A stretch of 64,000 bases of DNA from the human T2T-CHM13v2.0 reference genome, Homo sapiens (GCF_009914755.1 NC_060931.1); one strand, 5' to 3'; shown: positions 1-23,496, numbered from the stretch's first letter. Program-made: numbers and translations. The notes: generated by a model not told the origin, from the sequence alone.

Positions 1-99
1 GAACTCATTGTACTTAACAATTTTCTCCCTCTTGAATTTTAAAGGAAGTTAACAGGCTTAAGGCTTTGAAGAGGAATTTATTATATCCTACACAAAAAT

Positions 100-2010
100 A
101 AGAATTACAGTAAACTTCTCATCAGAAACCACAGAAGCCAAAAGAAAATGGTCTGACCTTCTTTAAAGTGAAAATGAAGCAAATCAAGACAAAAATCTCT
201 GGCAATCCAAAATTCTATACTCAGTGAAAATATCCTTCACAATACAAAAGAGGTAAAAAACCTTTCCCAGACAAATGAAAACTGAAGGAATGCATTGCCA
301 GCAGACCAGCTCTACAAGAAACGTTAAAGAATATTCTCCAAGCAGAAGGAATGTGATAGCAGACTGAAACTTGAATCTGCACAAAGAAATGAAGCACACT
401 GGAAATGGAATAAAGAAGATAAGACAGAATCAATTTTTAAAAAAATTTTAGTTTCTCTAAAAGGTAAAGCAAAAATAGTGGCAATATATTATAGGTTTGT
501 AACATATATAAAAGTAAACTGTATGACAACAATATCAGAAAAGACAGGAGGGAGATATTGGAAAGACCTGTTGTAAGATCCTTACACTACACACAAAGCA
601 GTATAATGTTATTTGCAGTTGGATTTCAGTTAACTGTAGAAGCATATTATGACTATTAGGGCAACCACTAAAATTTCTTGAAAAGATGTTTTTATACATT
701 ATAAATATGAGATATATGTATAAGATAATAGAGATGATAAAATTGAATCATAAAAAATGATCAATAACCCCCCCAAAAGGCAGAATAAATGAAGGAAAGA
801 TGCAGAGAACAGATGGAACAAATAGAAAACAGTGATCAATATGGTAGATGTTAATGCAGCTACAGTAATAATCACAGTAAATGTGGACAGTCAGTCTAAA
901 CACATCAGTTAAAAGTCAGAGATTGTCAGATCAGCTTTAAAAATGGACCAAACTGTATGCAATCTACAAGAAATCTTTTTTAAAAATGTAAAGACAGAAA
1001 GGTTAAAAGTAAAAGGACAGAGAAAGCTATGTAACGCACACCAAAAGAAAGCTGGAGTAGCTATTTTAATATCAGATGAAGCAGACTCCCAGGCAAGGAA
1101 TATTAGCAGCCATAAGGAGGGCATTATATAGTGATAAAGGGATCAATTCTCCAAAAAGATAAAATAGTTTTGAATGTGCAAGCATGTAAAAATAGAGCTT
1201 CAAAATACTTGAGACAAAAATTGTTAGAACAGAAAAATAAAAGACAAGTTCACAATTATAGATCAAGTCTTCAATATTCTTCTCTCAGTAAGTTGATAAA
1301 ATAGGCCATAAAAATCAGTAAAAATACAGAAAATGTAAACAACACTATCAAACAACTAGACTTAATTGGCATTTATTGAACATGCTATTCAATAGTAGTA
1401 CAATGCACTTTCTTTTCAGGTACACATGGAATGTTTATTAAGAGAGACCACATTTTGGGCCATAAAATAAACCTCAACAAATTTCATGCAAAGTGTATAA
1501 TCAGACCACGACAAAATTAAACTGTAAATAGTAAAAGAAAGATTTCTGGGAAATCCCAAAATATAAACTACACACTTCTACATAACCCATGGATCAAAGA
1601 GGACTAAAGGGAAATTTTAAAACAGTTTGCGCCCAGCTGAATGAAAACAAAAATACGGCATATCAAAATGTACAGGGCAGGGCACAGTGGCTCATGCCTA
1701 TAATCCCAGCGCTTTGGGAGGCCAAGGCAGAAGGATCACTTGAGACCAGCCTGGGCAACATAGAGAGATCCCGTCTCTACAACAAATTTTAAAAATTAGC
1801 TGGGCATGGTGGAGCAGCTTATAGTCCTACTGACTCGTGAGGCTGAGGCAGGAGGATCGCTTGAGCAGAGGAGTTCAAGGCTGCAGTGAACTATGATCTT
1901 GCCACTGCACTCCAGTGTGGATGACAGAGCGACATCCTGTCTCAAAAAAAAAAAAGAAAAAGAAAGTGCAGATGCTGCCAAATCAGTGCTTGGCAGATTA
2001 GTAAACAATT
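100..2010 (+). mobile_element. Old L1 (L1M-type) fragment: ORF1 3' end, inter-ORF region and ORF2 endonuclease start; interrupted by an Alu
   Basis: A-rich, with L1 ORF1 C-terminal motifs (ttctcatcagaaacc...aaaactgaaggaat) and an ORF2 EN-like peptide (QKKAGVAILISD); degenerate. Confidence 0.8.
1676..1960 (+). mobile_element. Alu (J-like)
   Basis: Alu dimer with poly-A tail. Confidence 0.9.
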
Positions 2011-2323
2011 CAGTGGGGCCAATTAGGGCTTGGGGGAAGATTTCACTACAGAGGAACAGCACGAGAGGTGACTCGACCTTGGAGGATGCATTACCCTGTG
2101 CATTTGTTAAAAGGTATGCCACAAAGAGTGAGTTTCACTGTATGCAAAGGAAAAAAATCAACTGAATGTCAGGGGAACCCAGGTTGGAATGCAGACTGTG
2201 ACAAATGAATCTAACTGTACTGTATTGAAGGGAATGGAGAAGAAAGAGCTCACTCAGTTGCTTTGGGAAACTATACTGATTGGCTAAAGACCAAAAGAAG
2301 TGCATAAAAGCTGTGCTTTAGTT

Positions 2324-3015
<692 letters not shown>

Positions 3016-3164
3016 CTTTAGTGGGTAAATTTGCTTCTTACACAATATGGGTTAGCAATTCTGAAACTACATTACATTATAATGTTCAGCATATTAGGAC
3101 TGAACAAATAAGGAACCATCATGAGAGCCAGCTTTCTCACTGTCAGAGGAAGGAGTTCAAAATA

Positions 3165-4850
<1,686 letters not shown>

Positions 4851-5189
4851 CTGGCTGACTCCCTCACCCGCCACCGCCCCTACTGAGCAAGCCCTCTGTC
4901 TTTGAGAAGTTCTCTGATCTGCCTCATCCTTCATCCCTGGGCATCCTGCGATCCCAGAGCCTGGTGGGCTCACCTCTGTCTCCTTCCCTGCTTGCTGTCA
5001 CACAGCAGGCAGTAAGGCAGCTCCTCGTGGGACTCTGGGAAATGCAAAGGGCTACAATGGGGTTGGAAGGCTGCAGGTTGTATTATTGACATTCACTCTT
5101 CCATAGGCTGAAGATCCTGGGGTGATGAGGACTCAGGGGCCTGTCTGTAGCCTTTGTCAGAGGACATGGGGTATGCTCTCTCCTAAAAG

Positions 5190-5379
5190 TTTTTTTTTTT
5201 AACCATTTTATTGAGGTATGATTGAGATGTAAAAAGCTGTATATATTTAATGTATACAACTTGATGAATGTGGGTTAGGTATATACCTGTGAAGCCAACC
5301 TTACTACCGTCAAGGCCATAGACATACCCATCACCTCCCGAATTTTCCTTCTGCCCTATTATTATTATTATTGTGTGTA

Positions 5380-5410
<31 letters not shown>

Positions 5411-5990
5411 AAAGAATGTTCAATATAAGATCTACCCTCTTGGGAAATTTTAACTATATAGTACAGCATTGTTAGTGGTAGGCATGATGCCTCATAGTAA
5501 ATCTCTAGAACTCATTCATCTATCCTACAACTGAAACTTTGTACTCTTTGACCATCATCTCCTCATCTTCACCTCCCTACCCAGCCCCTGGCAATCACTG
5601 TTCTACACTCTGCTTCTATAAGTTTGACTAATTTCTTTTCTTTGAGAAAGGGTCTTTCTCTGTCACCCAGGCTGGAGTACAGTGTGGCACCATCATGGCT
5701 CACTGCAGCCTCAATCTCCTGGCTTCAAGCAATCCTCCCACCTCAGCCTGGGAACACAGGCCCTGCTAATTTTTATTATTACTATATTTTATTTTTAGAG
5801 ATGGGGTCTCACTATGTTGCCCAGGCTAGTCTTGAACTCCTGGGTTCAAATGATCCTCCCGCCTTGGCCTCCCAAAGTACTGGGATTACAGATGTGAGCA
5901 CCCTGCCCGGCCAAATATTTTTGATTCTGTGTATAAGTGACATCATACAGTATTTGTCTTTTTGTGTCTGGTTTATTTCACTAGGTCCAT
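5190..5990 (-). mobile_element. L1MA/MB 3' end containing a (TG)n tract (~5384-5410) and an Alu (~5633-5913)
   Basis: ttttattgaggtatgattga...aaactttgtactctttgacc L1 3' motifs. Confidence 0.7.
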
Positions 5991-6014
5991 GCATGCTCTT
6001 GCCTATGGCAGGAT

Positions 6015-6200
6015 TTCCTTTCTTCCTTTCTTTCTTTTCCTTCCTTCCTTCCTTTCTTGCTTTTTCTTCCTTCCTTCCTTCCTTTCCTTCCTTCCCTTCC
6101 CTTCTCCCTTCCTTACTTCCTTCCTCCTTTATTTCTCTCTCTCTCTTTCTCCTTCCTTTCTCTCCTTCTTTTCTTTTGTTTTCTTTTATTTCCCTCTTTC
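6015..6200. repeat. Polypyrimidine (TTCC/TC)-rich tract, expanded tail of an antisense Alu (~6200-6487)
   Basis: ~185 nt of almost pure C/T. Confidence 0.9.
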
Positions 6201-7039
6201 CAGGATCTCTGTGGCCTAGGCGAGAGTGCAATGGTATGTCATGGCTCACTGCAGCCTTGCTTTCCCAGGCTCAAGCGATCCTTTTGCCTCAGCCTCTCAG
6301 GTAGCTGGGGCTACAGGCACATGCCACTGCACCTGGACAATTTTTTTTTTTTTTTTTTTTAATTTTTAGTAGAGACAAGGTCTCACTATGTTGCCCAGGC
6401 TGATCTCAAACTCCTGAGCTCAAACAGTTCTCCCACCTCGGCCTCTGAAAGTGTTGGGATTATAGGTGTGAGTCATTGCACCGGGCCAATTTCTTTCTTT
6501 TTTAAGGCTGAGTGTCTCCTGAAAAATTTTAAAAAGCTCTCTTTTCTATTTGGAGGTGTATCCTATTCTCATGAGGTAATCCTTCGTCAAATCAGCCTGA
6601 AGAACTGAACAATGGTGAACCCAGCTGGGCTTTTCTGTCTCTAATGAGACAGTGCTGTGACTGATAGGGGATTTCTGAAGGTTTTTCTTGAATTGTTTTC
6701 TTCTACTCTTGAAGGGTTTTCTTGAATTGTTTTCCTGAGCTGATTTCTCACTCCCTCAGACTGCTCTTCTCCAATTTGGGGAGAGGGAGGGAGTAATTTG
6801 TGAGAACACGGACAATATTATTAATTAGCATTCTTTATTATCAGGCTGTCTCCAGATTTTATGTCTTTTCTACCCTTTGGCCACCTGACTTAACCTCTTT
6901 CTTTGTTAGGTTATCAATAGTTAATCTTTTGTTTTTTAAATAAACTACATACTTAATGCGTATGGCAAGGGGAGTCATTCTGTGACATAGCTTCTTCCCA
7001 CGGGTTGCTAATTGTCCATCAATATCCCTCATCCTTAAA

Positions 7040-7448
7040 TAATAAATAATTCTCCAGTTGTAGGTGGGCTCATGGCCACCCAGTGAAAAGCTACATTTCC
7101 CAGCTTCCCTTGTATCTGGGTGTGGCCCTGTGTTTGAATTCCGACCAATGGGATGTGAGCAAAAGTGATTATGCCATTTTCAGGTCATAGCCTTAAAAGG
7201 AATGAGTGTGAACTCCCCATTCTTTTCCCCCTTCTCACCGGCCAGGATGCAGACATAATGATGGCAGGAGCTGGAGCAGCCACCTGAGGACCCAGAGCTC
7301 AAAGCCACATGTTGAGAAGGGCAGAGATAACTGTATCCACTCTGGACTGCTGACCTTTGAACTATTATGTAAGAGAAAATCAAAATTCTATTTTAAGTCA
7401 CAATACTTTGGGGTCTTTGACTACCTGGACTACATCTTAAGTAGTACA
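7040..7448 (+). mobile_element. MLT1 (MaLR) solo LTR
   Basis: ctacatttcccagcttcccttg...ccaatgggatgtgagcaaaagtg; 3' end ttttaagtcac...tttggggtc...agtaca. Confidence 0.7.
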
Positions 7449-7883
7449 GCTTCATGCCACTACCTGCACCCAGAAGCCTGTACCTCTCCTTTATTTGCAC
7501 ATACTTATGTTTTCTTATTTCATGTTTTATGTCCATGTTTTTACAAAGTAAAATGTTTAGTGGTCCAACTAATTTTTTTCAAAGAACCAGCTTATGGATT
7601 TATTTTAGTGTGCTTAGTGTTTTGAGATTATTTTTGTTATATTTGAATGAATTTTAAGCCATTTATAGAATCATGGGGTCACATACTTTTCTTCTCAACA
7701 TTCTTTCTCCATTATTTCATTGTCCTATGCCATCTAAAGTTGCTGGAAAGAGGTCTGAGGCCAGTATCCTTTTATCCCCTGGGTAGACTGTCTGCTTCTT
7801 CTTTCTGGATGTTTGTAGTATAATGTTGTTGTTGTTGTTGTTTTAATATGGGGTTTTCCAGTGGAAACCAGAAAACATGCTAG

Positions 7884-8371
<488 letters not shown>

Positions 8372-8829
8372 CCTGCTAGACAAATTCTAAAAGAGCAGTA
8401 ACACTTAGCTAGTGCATTCTTTATGCCTAAGATTTAGGAACTTCACAAGAGCCAGTGGCTTCTTTGCTCACTTTACCTGCAATATAGTACATTCTGTTCT
8501 TTTGCTAAATCAGGACTTTTTTTGGTTTGTTTCAGAAATGGCTGTTTCTTTTTATGTTTTTCATTACTTTTTTGAATTTCATTTGTTCCCTAGTCACTAA
8601 GGACTCAATCTGTATGTTGGATCAACATAACTATTTTCTATATCTCTCATTTCTCCCCAGTCAGTTCATCTCTCTCCCCAGCTTTATTGTATGATATTTA
8701 TCCCAGCTTTATTGTGTCATATTCTCAAGCCTGTCATCCATGTTGCTGACTCAGTTTTCTGTCATGCCAGCTCTACTTCTTATGGCTTCTAACATGACTT
8801 CCAGATCTTTAGTGAGTTTTTCTTGTTTC

Positions 8830-9153
<324 letters not shown>

Positions 9154-9768
9154 TAATTTCATCTTATTTTGGTATCTCTATATTTTTGTTTCAGAGGGTC
9201 CATATTATATTTAATTTCCTTGAGAGTGCAGAGAAGAGTCTTGTCAAATATTTTCTTCCACTTCCTGGGATCATTATTCTTTTGATATGCAGTCGTCATG
9301 TGTACTTTCCTCCTGGCATGCTTTGGGAGAGAAGAGTAGCATCTTACGGAGATCTCGTGATAGAGCTTTACTAAGAAATAGTGACTATTTTAATTAAAAA
9401 AAAAAGTTTACCTTGAATCCAGTAACCCTTTAGATAGAGCTTCTATTTCACAGGAAATGAGTAGCTAGAGAATCAAGCTAAACATCACCCCATAGAAGCA
9501 ACCAGACAAACCTAGAAGGTAGGACGTGGTGTGGGACAACTCACTCAACTGCTCTCACTAATAAGTGTCCTAAAAAGGGGAATATACTAGATTAAAATAA
9601 GCTAAGGGAACATGCTTGGTCCTGTATTGGGTACTGACTTGGATAAGCCAGCTGTAGTAATAATTTTGGTTAATTGGAGAAAGTATAATATGGCCTGAAA
9701 ATTAGGTAAGATGAAAATATAGGGAAACTCAAAGGCAGAGAGTATCAACTAAATGAACCAGGTTGTTA

Positions 9769-10263
<495 letters not shown>

Positions 10264-10305
10264 TTATGCAATAATAAAGTGTTTTAAATAGTGACATAGA
10301 TTTAA

Positions 10306-10715
10306 ATGGGACAGACTTACCACAAAGATAATAAAACTTAAAGCTTCAGGGCCTCTAATTCATATGGGCCTTATGAGGCCCTAGGAGGACCTCTAGCAAT
10401 TTTGTATCATACTTTTGTAGGGGTTTTAATTTTATTTGTTAAGTTCTAGCATATTTTCACTGTGGTAAAATACACACAACATAAAATGTACCATTTTAAC
10501 CATTTTAGGTATGCAGTTCAGTGGCATGAAGTACATTCTCACTGTTTTGCAACCATCACCACCATCCATCTCCAGAACTTTTTCATCTTCCCTAACTGAA
10601 ACTCTGCACCCATTAAACAATAACTCCCTATGACCCCCTCCATCCAGTCTTTTTATTTTTAAGAGTTTCCAAAATTGTATAAACTCTTGGCTTCACAAAA
10701 CCTGGGTCCAGCCCC
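10306..10715. mobile_element. hAT-Tip100 (Zaphod/MER115-like) remnant interrupted by an antisense L1MB 3' end (~10440-10640)
   Basis: aagcttcagggcctc at the 5' end and caaaattgtataa...cacaaaacctgggtcc at the 3' end. Confidence 0.55.
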
Positions 10716-11177
10716 AACTGACAACCAGATGTCCTGGTAATTCCTGTGCAAGCTACGAAATGATACCTTGCACTGCCAAAGTGGCTTTAGCCTCAAACCA
10801 AAGGACAGTCAGCATGGTTGAGGCTGTCACCAAAGTTTTCATCACTAAAAGTGCAAACAGTAGTGATTGTGGCAGCATCAATATTACTGAATACACAAGG
10901 AGGAAAAAGCAATGTTTTCTCAAGTTATTGGAACCTACATCTATATAACTTTCCCCAGAAGCTACAAGTTTGTAATTTCTACAGTCCTAATTTCCTGTAA
11001 ATTAACCCTATTTTCTTCACTGCTTAAAGTTATTGGTAAATAATTTTACATCTCCTTTTCCAGAAGGTAGTCACATGGTCTTACCTAGCTGCAAGGGAGG
11101 CCAGGAAATGTAATCTTTCTTACAGGAGACCTGTGCCCAACTAATGATCAAGTATTCTATTACTAAAAAATCAGAAT

Positions 11178-11518
<341 letters not shown>

Positions 11519-12442
11519 CTAAGTATCTGTCACATGGTTTCTAAAAAGATTCAATATGCTTGTTTTTGAGGTTTGCAGGGGAAGTAGGAAGGGGTGCACA
11601 TCATTTTTTTGTTTAATAGAGACAGGATCTCATTCTCTCGTGCAGGCTTGAGTGCAGTGGCAAGATCACAGCTCACTGTAGCCTTGAACTCCTGTCCTAG
11701 AGTGATCCTCCCAGGAGCCTAGGCTTCCCAAAGCACTAGAATTACAGATGTGAGCCACCTTAAAGCACCATTTACAAAACTGCTTAGCATCTTGTTTAGA
11801 GCTAAAAAATCCTTTGCTCACAATCAGCTTTCTAGACTGGGCACCCAAGCCTTCTTCCTCTGAGGGTTGAACACCATAGAAGTGGGCTTAACAGACTTGT
11901 ATGGAAAAGAGAAGAAGTCATCTCCCCAACTGACTCTTGGGTGTCTCAGTGGCCAAGTATACTCAAATTGTATATCTAAACCAATGAGCTTTATTGTTGT
12001 GGTTAAGCTTTAACTGTGAACAGCAACGTATCAATTTATTAATTACTACGCTTTTGTGCTGTGTGTTCCCTTTCTAGGTTATTTCCAGGGAAATGCAAAC
12101 CAAAGGATGTGGTCTCTGATCTAATCCTTAGAGAATGTGACCATGAAGACACTTTTCCTACCTGGTAAACAAAAGATAATGAGAAAAGTGAGGTTGGAAG
12201 TTGGTTTACTGAGCCAGGAGCTATAACAGGTGCTGGAGCAGGGGTGTGATCTGAATGACCAGAGGGAAGGACTGATGGAATTGGATGGTGAGAGCCTCCA
12301 GGCCCTTTAGGCTTCTCCCTGACTTTATAATGAAATACAAAAGTCAGCCTCCATGCTTGTCCTTTGTGTGTAATGATTGTCAAACTCTGTCTATATGTGT
12401 TACATTTGACCTTGATGGTTAATTCATTATGTAATAAGTTCA

Positions 12443-12747
<305 letters not shown>

Positions 12748-13583
12748 TTTAGAATTCGGTCCAAATTAGAAAACAGTTTCTCCCAGGAATGGCCTTGAAT
12801 AGTGGTCAGCCTGCTTGGTTCTTTCTTCCTGACCTAGCAGCCCATGATTTGGGCTCTTTCCTCCTCTGGTTCAGGGGTGAGGGATGCTGTCACTCTCCAA
12901 GAGGGGGAACAGCTTGGGACCTAGCAGAGCTGCTCATCGGGGTTCTATTCCTCCCAGCCAGCGCCCTGACAAAGCCAGCCTCTGGATAAGAAACTAATTA
13001 CTTCTCCTGCTTCTTCAGTTTGACCTCCTAAGGGAAATAAGTCCTGCAGAAGTAACCAGCCTGCCGCGGCAGAATGCAGAGCAGGCACCAACTGTCCTGC
13101 AACTGCTTCCATAACCTGCAGATCCACCAGGGTGTCGGGGGCCCACATGCTGCAAAGCTTAGGAAGATGGGGTTTTCAATGGACATGCAGCTTTTAAAGT
13201 TGTGTGAGATAGGTTGCATTCAGAGTAAGGAAGGGTTGAAAGGCAGGAAGGGCATTTTCCTCTTAGCAGTGGAAGGATCTTCCTGACAGCCCTCCTTGCT
13301 TGCTTTCTGCCTGGCTCACTGCTTTCTCAGCAAGTTCCGGGAGGACTATGTCCTGGGGTTCCGAAAAGGGCTGGGGAATGTCCAGGCACGGATAAGGCAC
13401 ACAAGCTCTCTGGAGGAAAAGGGAGGCTCCTTTGCACTTCCCCTTCCTGCAGGTCTGTCCTGGTTTTTCATGATGTCATCCATTCATCATTGTGAGCTGA
13501 CTGGTGGTCCCAGGGCTTGGCCAGCTGCCCAAGGCCAGGAGGGGAGACAGAGATCCCAGGACAAATGTGCAGCAGGCCCCTGA

Positions 13584-13865
<282 letters not shown>

Positions 13866-14680
13866 TAGCACTCTTTGATTCTTCGAAACCTGTTCCCAAG
13901 ATATGACTGAGAGAGTCCATCCCTGAAACTGGGGCAGAGTGAGAATTGAGGCAAGGAGAAGCTAGTGGACCTGGAATGCAAGGCCACCCTCACTGACCTG
14001 GGCTTTGCTGAGCCCCAGACGGGGCTTCTCCTACAGACAGCTGTCACCCAGGGAGAAAGGTCAGGGGTCCTCTGCTCTGAGTGGAGAATTTGGTATTCTA
14101 ATCCCCCAGTTTACTTCAGCCCCCAGGCTGTCACCTGAAGTAGATGAACAAAGAGGCAGTAAAAAGAGACGCTTCTTGAGAACAATAATGCGGATTGGCG
14201 AAAGAACAGCACCTGGGGTCCCAGAGACAGCTGGGCTCAGATTCCAGTCCTCTGCCTTCTCCTTGGGAGGTGACTGTGCAAGTAACCTGTGCAGCCTGAA
14301 TCTGGCCCCTTGATTGTAAAAGGGTTGAACTGACCTGAGGATGAAATGCAAATACAGCAAGAAAAGTACCTTGTCTAACAGGCACTCGGTGCACGTTCGT
14401 CTCCTTGCCTGGGCTCTCCTCTGGTTGGATGGAAGCGAGAATGAACAGCACTTTGGAGTTAGAGAGGACCTTCCTGTTCAGTGAAGGTGCAGGAGATAAT
14501 AGGGCACCTCGGGGAAGGACCAAGAGGATACATTTTTCAAAGAAGGCCAGGAAACAGTCCAGGGAGGATTGGCAGAAATGACAGATGGCAGGGAACTCCT
14601 GGGTTGTAATTCCTGTGGGCAATTGTTAACAAATGGGTGGTTGAAATATTGTTTAAATACTAGTAGTTGTTTAATCAATA

Positions 14681-15153
<473 letters not shown>

Positions 15154-15524
15154 TGAGCAATGCAGATGAGAATGGAGGACAAGAGGGGTGAGGGGTGGAT
15201 GCAAAGTGGAGGTTGCTTGACTACTAAACTCAAGGAGAAGATAGAGATGTCATCAGCAGTGACATTGATTTTTTTAGACAACAGAGTATCCTAAGACAGG
15301 TGTTGCACTGGAAGGACAGAGGCCAAGTGGGACAAAGGGAGATGTCATGTGGACAGGAGTCAGGGGCTAGTCTACCTGCCCACTTTCTTTCTCGCTGCAC
15401 GGACGCCACTGAATTCATAGGAAATCTCTCAGCATTGGGCCCAAGGGCAAGGAGGCAGTGAGTCTGGCAGATGGAGCACTGGTTGGGGAAAGGAGATTAT
15501 TTCTAGTTCTTGGTGTACAACTAA

Positions 15525-15923
<399 letters not shown>

Positions 15924-16291
15924 TAATCAGTAAAATAAATGGGACTAAGTCTCACTTAGAGCTGTAGCATATAGTGACATCATGCTTGTCTGGGACGAAG
16001 TAGCCTTTTTAAATTTTGGGGCCTCTTTAAATAATCTGTAGGATATCTCAAGAATCTCTAGAAATTCCCAAAAGTCCAAGAAAACCCTTCATTTCTCCAT
16101 GCTACCTCAGTGACACACCTCTCCATGATGTTCTTGGTGTACCTCTAGCAAGTACCACCCAGTCCCAGCTGACTAATATTAGATCCAAAGCCAGATCCTT
16201 GAACTTTAACTCCCTTGGGAAGACTAACTGTGGCATTAAACTCAATAAATGCACAAGCCAGACAGTGGGGCAAGCTCCTTTGGTGCTTTCA

Positions 16292-16642
<351 letters not shown>

Positions 16643-16861
16643 CTATGACTAGCCACCTTACCTCCTAGGCTGTCTCTCTCAAATAGGGTCTAGGGCACAC
16701 GAGAATCATGGCAGGGTAGGTGGAAGTTACAATGCAAATTCCAGGGCCACACCCAATTCCTACTGAATCTGAATCTTCAGTGGTGTCTTCAGGTGTCTGC
16801 ATTTTAAACAAGCTCAGCAGGTGTATTTGGTCTCCCCAACAATTGAGCAGCACTGTGCTAA

Positions 16862-17284
<423 letters not shown>

Positions 17285-17344
17285 TAGAGCTTAACCCAGC
17301 TGGTATGTGAGTGCCCTATGAAGGTGATCTCAGTGTGAGGCCTT

Positions 17345-20390
<3,046 letters not shown>

Positions 20391-20679
20391 TTTTGCCCCA
20401 GAACATGATGAATGTAAGTCTGGCTTCGGCTACAACAGAAACTCCATGAAGGCAGGGGTTTCTGTTTGTCTTCTTTACTGCTATATCCCTAGTACCTGGC
20501 TCCTAGTTGGCATTCAATAAATACGGAGTGAATGAGTGACTATGGACATGGACAGCATGCACAACTGGAGCACTTTTGAGTATCACAGGCAGCAGGAAAG
20601 AAATTAATTTTGCCCCGATGTAAAAAGCAGCACACTATAGGATATTTCTTAGAGAAATTAAGTTTTAAAACACCAATTA

Positions 20680-20969
20680 GGCCAGGCGCGGTGGCTCACG
20701 CTTATTATCCCAGCACTTTGGGAGGCCAAGGTGGGCAGATCACGAGGTCAGGAGATCGAGACCAGCCTGGCCAACATGGTGAAACCCCGTCTCTACTAAA
20801 AATACAAAAATTAGCTAGGTGTGGTGGCAGACACCTGTAGTCCTAGCTACTTGGGAGGCTGAGGCAGGAGAATCGTCTGAACCCAGGAGGCAGAGGTCTC
20901 AGTGAGCCGAGATCGCACCACTGCACTCCAGCCTGGCTATAAGAGCGAGACTCTGCCTCAAAAAAAAAA
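20680..20969 (+). mobile_element. Alu (Sc-like)
   Basis: Alu dimer. Confidence 0.9.
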
Positions 20970-21352
20970 CTCCACTAATTAAATTTCTATAACAAATATA
21001 TGATTCCCCTACATTTAAGTATAAAACCAAACAGCATAAACTTTATTAAAGCTTATATTAATAGGCTATTCATACATTATATTAAGGTATATTAATAGGA
21101 ATAAGTATCTGTTAAGTAATGTTAAAAGTATGTAATGAAGATATTACCCTTAAGGCACAAAAGGACATTTTTACCAATACGAGGAGTGTAAACCAAAAAA
21201 TATGGCCTCAGAATTGCCTCTGTGAGCAGCTGGTGTGGCTGCACTTTGGAAAATTTTGAGTTCCAACACTTTAGAGTCTGGACCATGATATTAGGAAAAT
21301 GTGAAGACCCCAAGGCCTTAACCACCTGGTTCTGCTTTTTTTCTTCATATAG

Positions 21353-21484
<132 letters not shown>

Positions 21485-21587
21485 TAAATCAAGCCAGCCT
21501 CTGACATTCCCTCCTGCAACCCAGATGGTCTGGGCTGTGAGATCCAGAAACCAAATAGCTTGGTTAATGAGCGCAGGGTTTTACGTG

Positions 21588-22466
21588 ACCAGGCACGGTG
21601 GCTCACGCCTGTATTCCCGGCACTTTGGGAGGTCAAGGCAGATGGATTGCTTGAGGTCAGGAATTTGAGACCAGCCTGGCCTCGATATACTGCCACTCAC
21701 TATCCAGTCTTTTTTTTTTTTTTTTTTCCTTTTTGAGATAGGCTCTCACTCCGTCGCCCAGGGTTCAAGCGATTCTCCCTCCTCAGCCTCCTGAGTAGCT
21801 GGGACTACAGGCATGTGCCACCATGCCCCCAACTAATTTTTGTATTTTTAGTAGAGACAGGGTTTCACCATGTTGGCCAGGCTGGTCTGGAACTCCTGAC
21901 CTCAGGTGAGCTGCCCGCCTCGGCCTCCCAAAGTGCTGGGATTACAGGCATGAGCCACCGCGCCCAGTCACTGTTCAGTCTTTATCCTTGACTCAGGACA
22001 ACCTTCCTCCAGCTCTTCTTGCCTTGTTCTTCTTCTCCACACAGCAAGCATGGTGGGCTTGACTCCAGAGGAGGACTACTATAAAAAATGAAAAGTAGTT
22101 CTCCAACAATGAGGATAAGTTAGGTATACAGGTGAAAAAGTAAAACCTAAATTTCTTTTTGTTGTTGTTGTTCATTTGTTTACTTGAGACAAGAGTCTCA
22201 CTCTGTCGCCCAGCCTGGAGTGCAGTGGCACAGTCTCGGCTCACTGCAACCTCTGCCTCCTGGGTTGATGTGATTCTCCTGCCTCAGCCTCCCAAGTAGC
22301 TGGGATTACAGACACACATCACCACGCCCAGCTAATTATTGTATTTTTAGTAGAGACAGGGTTTCACCATGCTGGCCAGGCTGGTCTCGAATTCCTGACC
22401 TAAAGTGATCCACCTGTCTCAGCCTCCCAAAGTGCCAGGACTACAGGCGTGAGCCACTGTGCCCAG
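21588..22466. mobile_element. Alu cluster: partial + (~21588-21680), - (~21710-21967), - (~22155-22466)
   Basis: Alu motifs. Confidence 0.85.
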
Positions 22467-23496
22467 TCATGTAAAACCTAATTTCTAATCCAGTTTCTAG
22501 TCCTACAGGGAAATAACCAAAACCATTGTTTAAAACATTGTCAACTTATTGGATTTACTTACCTACTCACCCAAGGTCTCTGCTTGGACTTTATGGAGCT
22601 TCTGTGATCGTTTTCTTAATATAGAGTCTGTTCTGGAAAGCTCCATGCTACAGATCTATCTTCTTCATGGCTGAGGAAATGTCGCTGTATGTACAGATGA
22701 CTTAGCATTAAGTCTTGGTATAAAACTGGTTGGTTTAAAAGAGACAGGAGTTGAGCGTACTTAGACCAGAGGGTACCACAGAATATTCAGTCCCAGATAA
22801 AGTGGGATCCAGGGTCCTAGTGCCTATTACTTATGGTTTAATAGAAAGGAGAGAACAGAAATAAATTAGCAAATGTCACCAGGAGAGAAAAATGAGGTGT
22901 CAGAGAGGAGAATTTTGTCACAACAGGAACCAGTTGGACCAGCAGTTCAGAGGCAGAACAAATTCCCTTTCTTTCTGAGCACTGGTAATAAACTGAAAGC
23001 CAGTACAGCTTGGAGGAGGCAAGCGCTTATAGCAACGAAGAGCTCGCAAAGACATGGGCCCAAGTCATTGCTCTGACTGCACCCTTGAGCATATCGAAAC
23101 CTGGGGGCTCAGTCTTCAGATCTGTAAAATGGAAATGAAAATAGTGCCAACGCCATCCAGATGTCAGGATCCAATGAGCTCATATGCACCAAGCACTTAG
23201 AATGCTACTCAGCAGATTTAGAGGCAAATTGTAAGTAAGCTCTCAATAAGTATTAACTTGTATTGTTAATTCTAACTTGGCTGGAGGTAGAAAACTATTA
23301 ACACAAGAAAAAGACTTATCTGTTGCCCAGTATAAAGAATATATCCTGGAGATTGTCACTCCATATATCATACAGAGCTCTGTAATTAAGGAACTTCTCG
23401 ATGAGATGTCATATTGCTGAGCTAGAGGGCACTGGACTCTAATAGAGCAAGGTATTTTGAAACTGCTTTTTGGCTATCTCAAATTATCAAATCACT

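Noticed and set aside
5624-6304. 226-aa + strand ORF and its 145-aa antisense ORF
   Set aside because: Alu plus a stop-free polypyrimidine tract; low-complexity artefact
12789-13286. Short ORFs upstream of GARIN1B as a possible pseudogene or antisense gene
   Set aside because: No recognisable protein similarity or consistent splice structure
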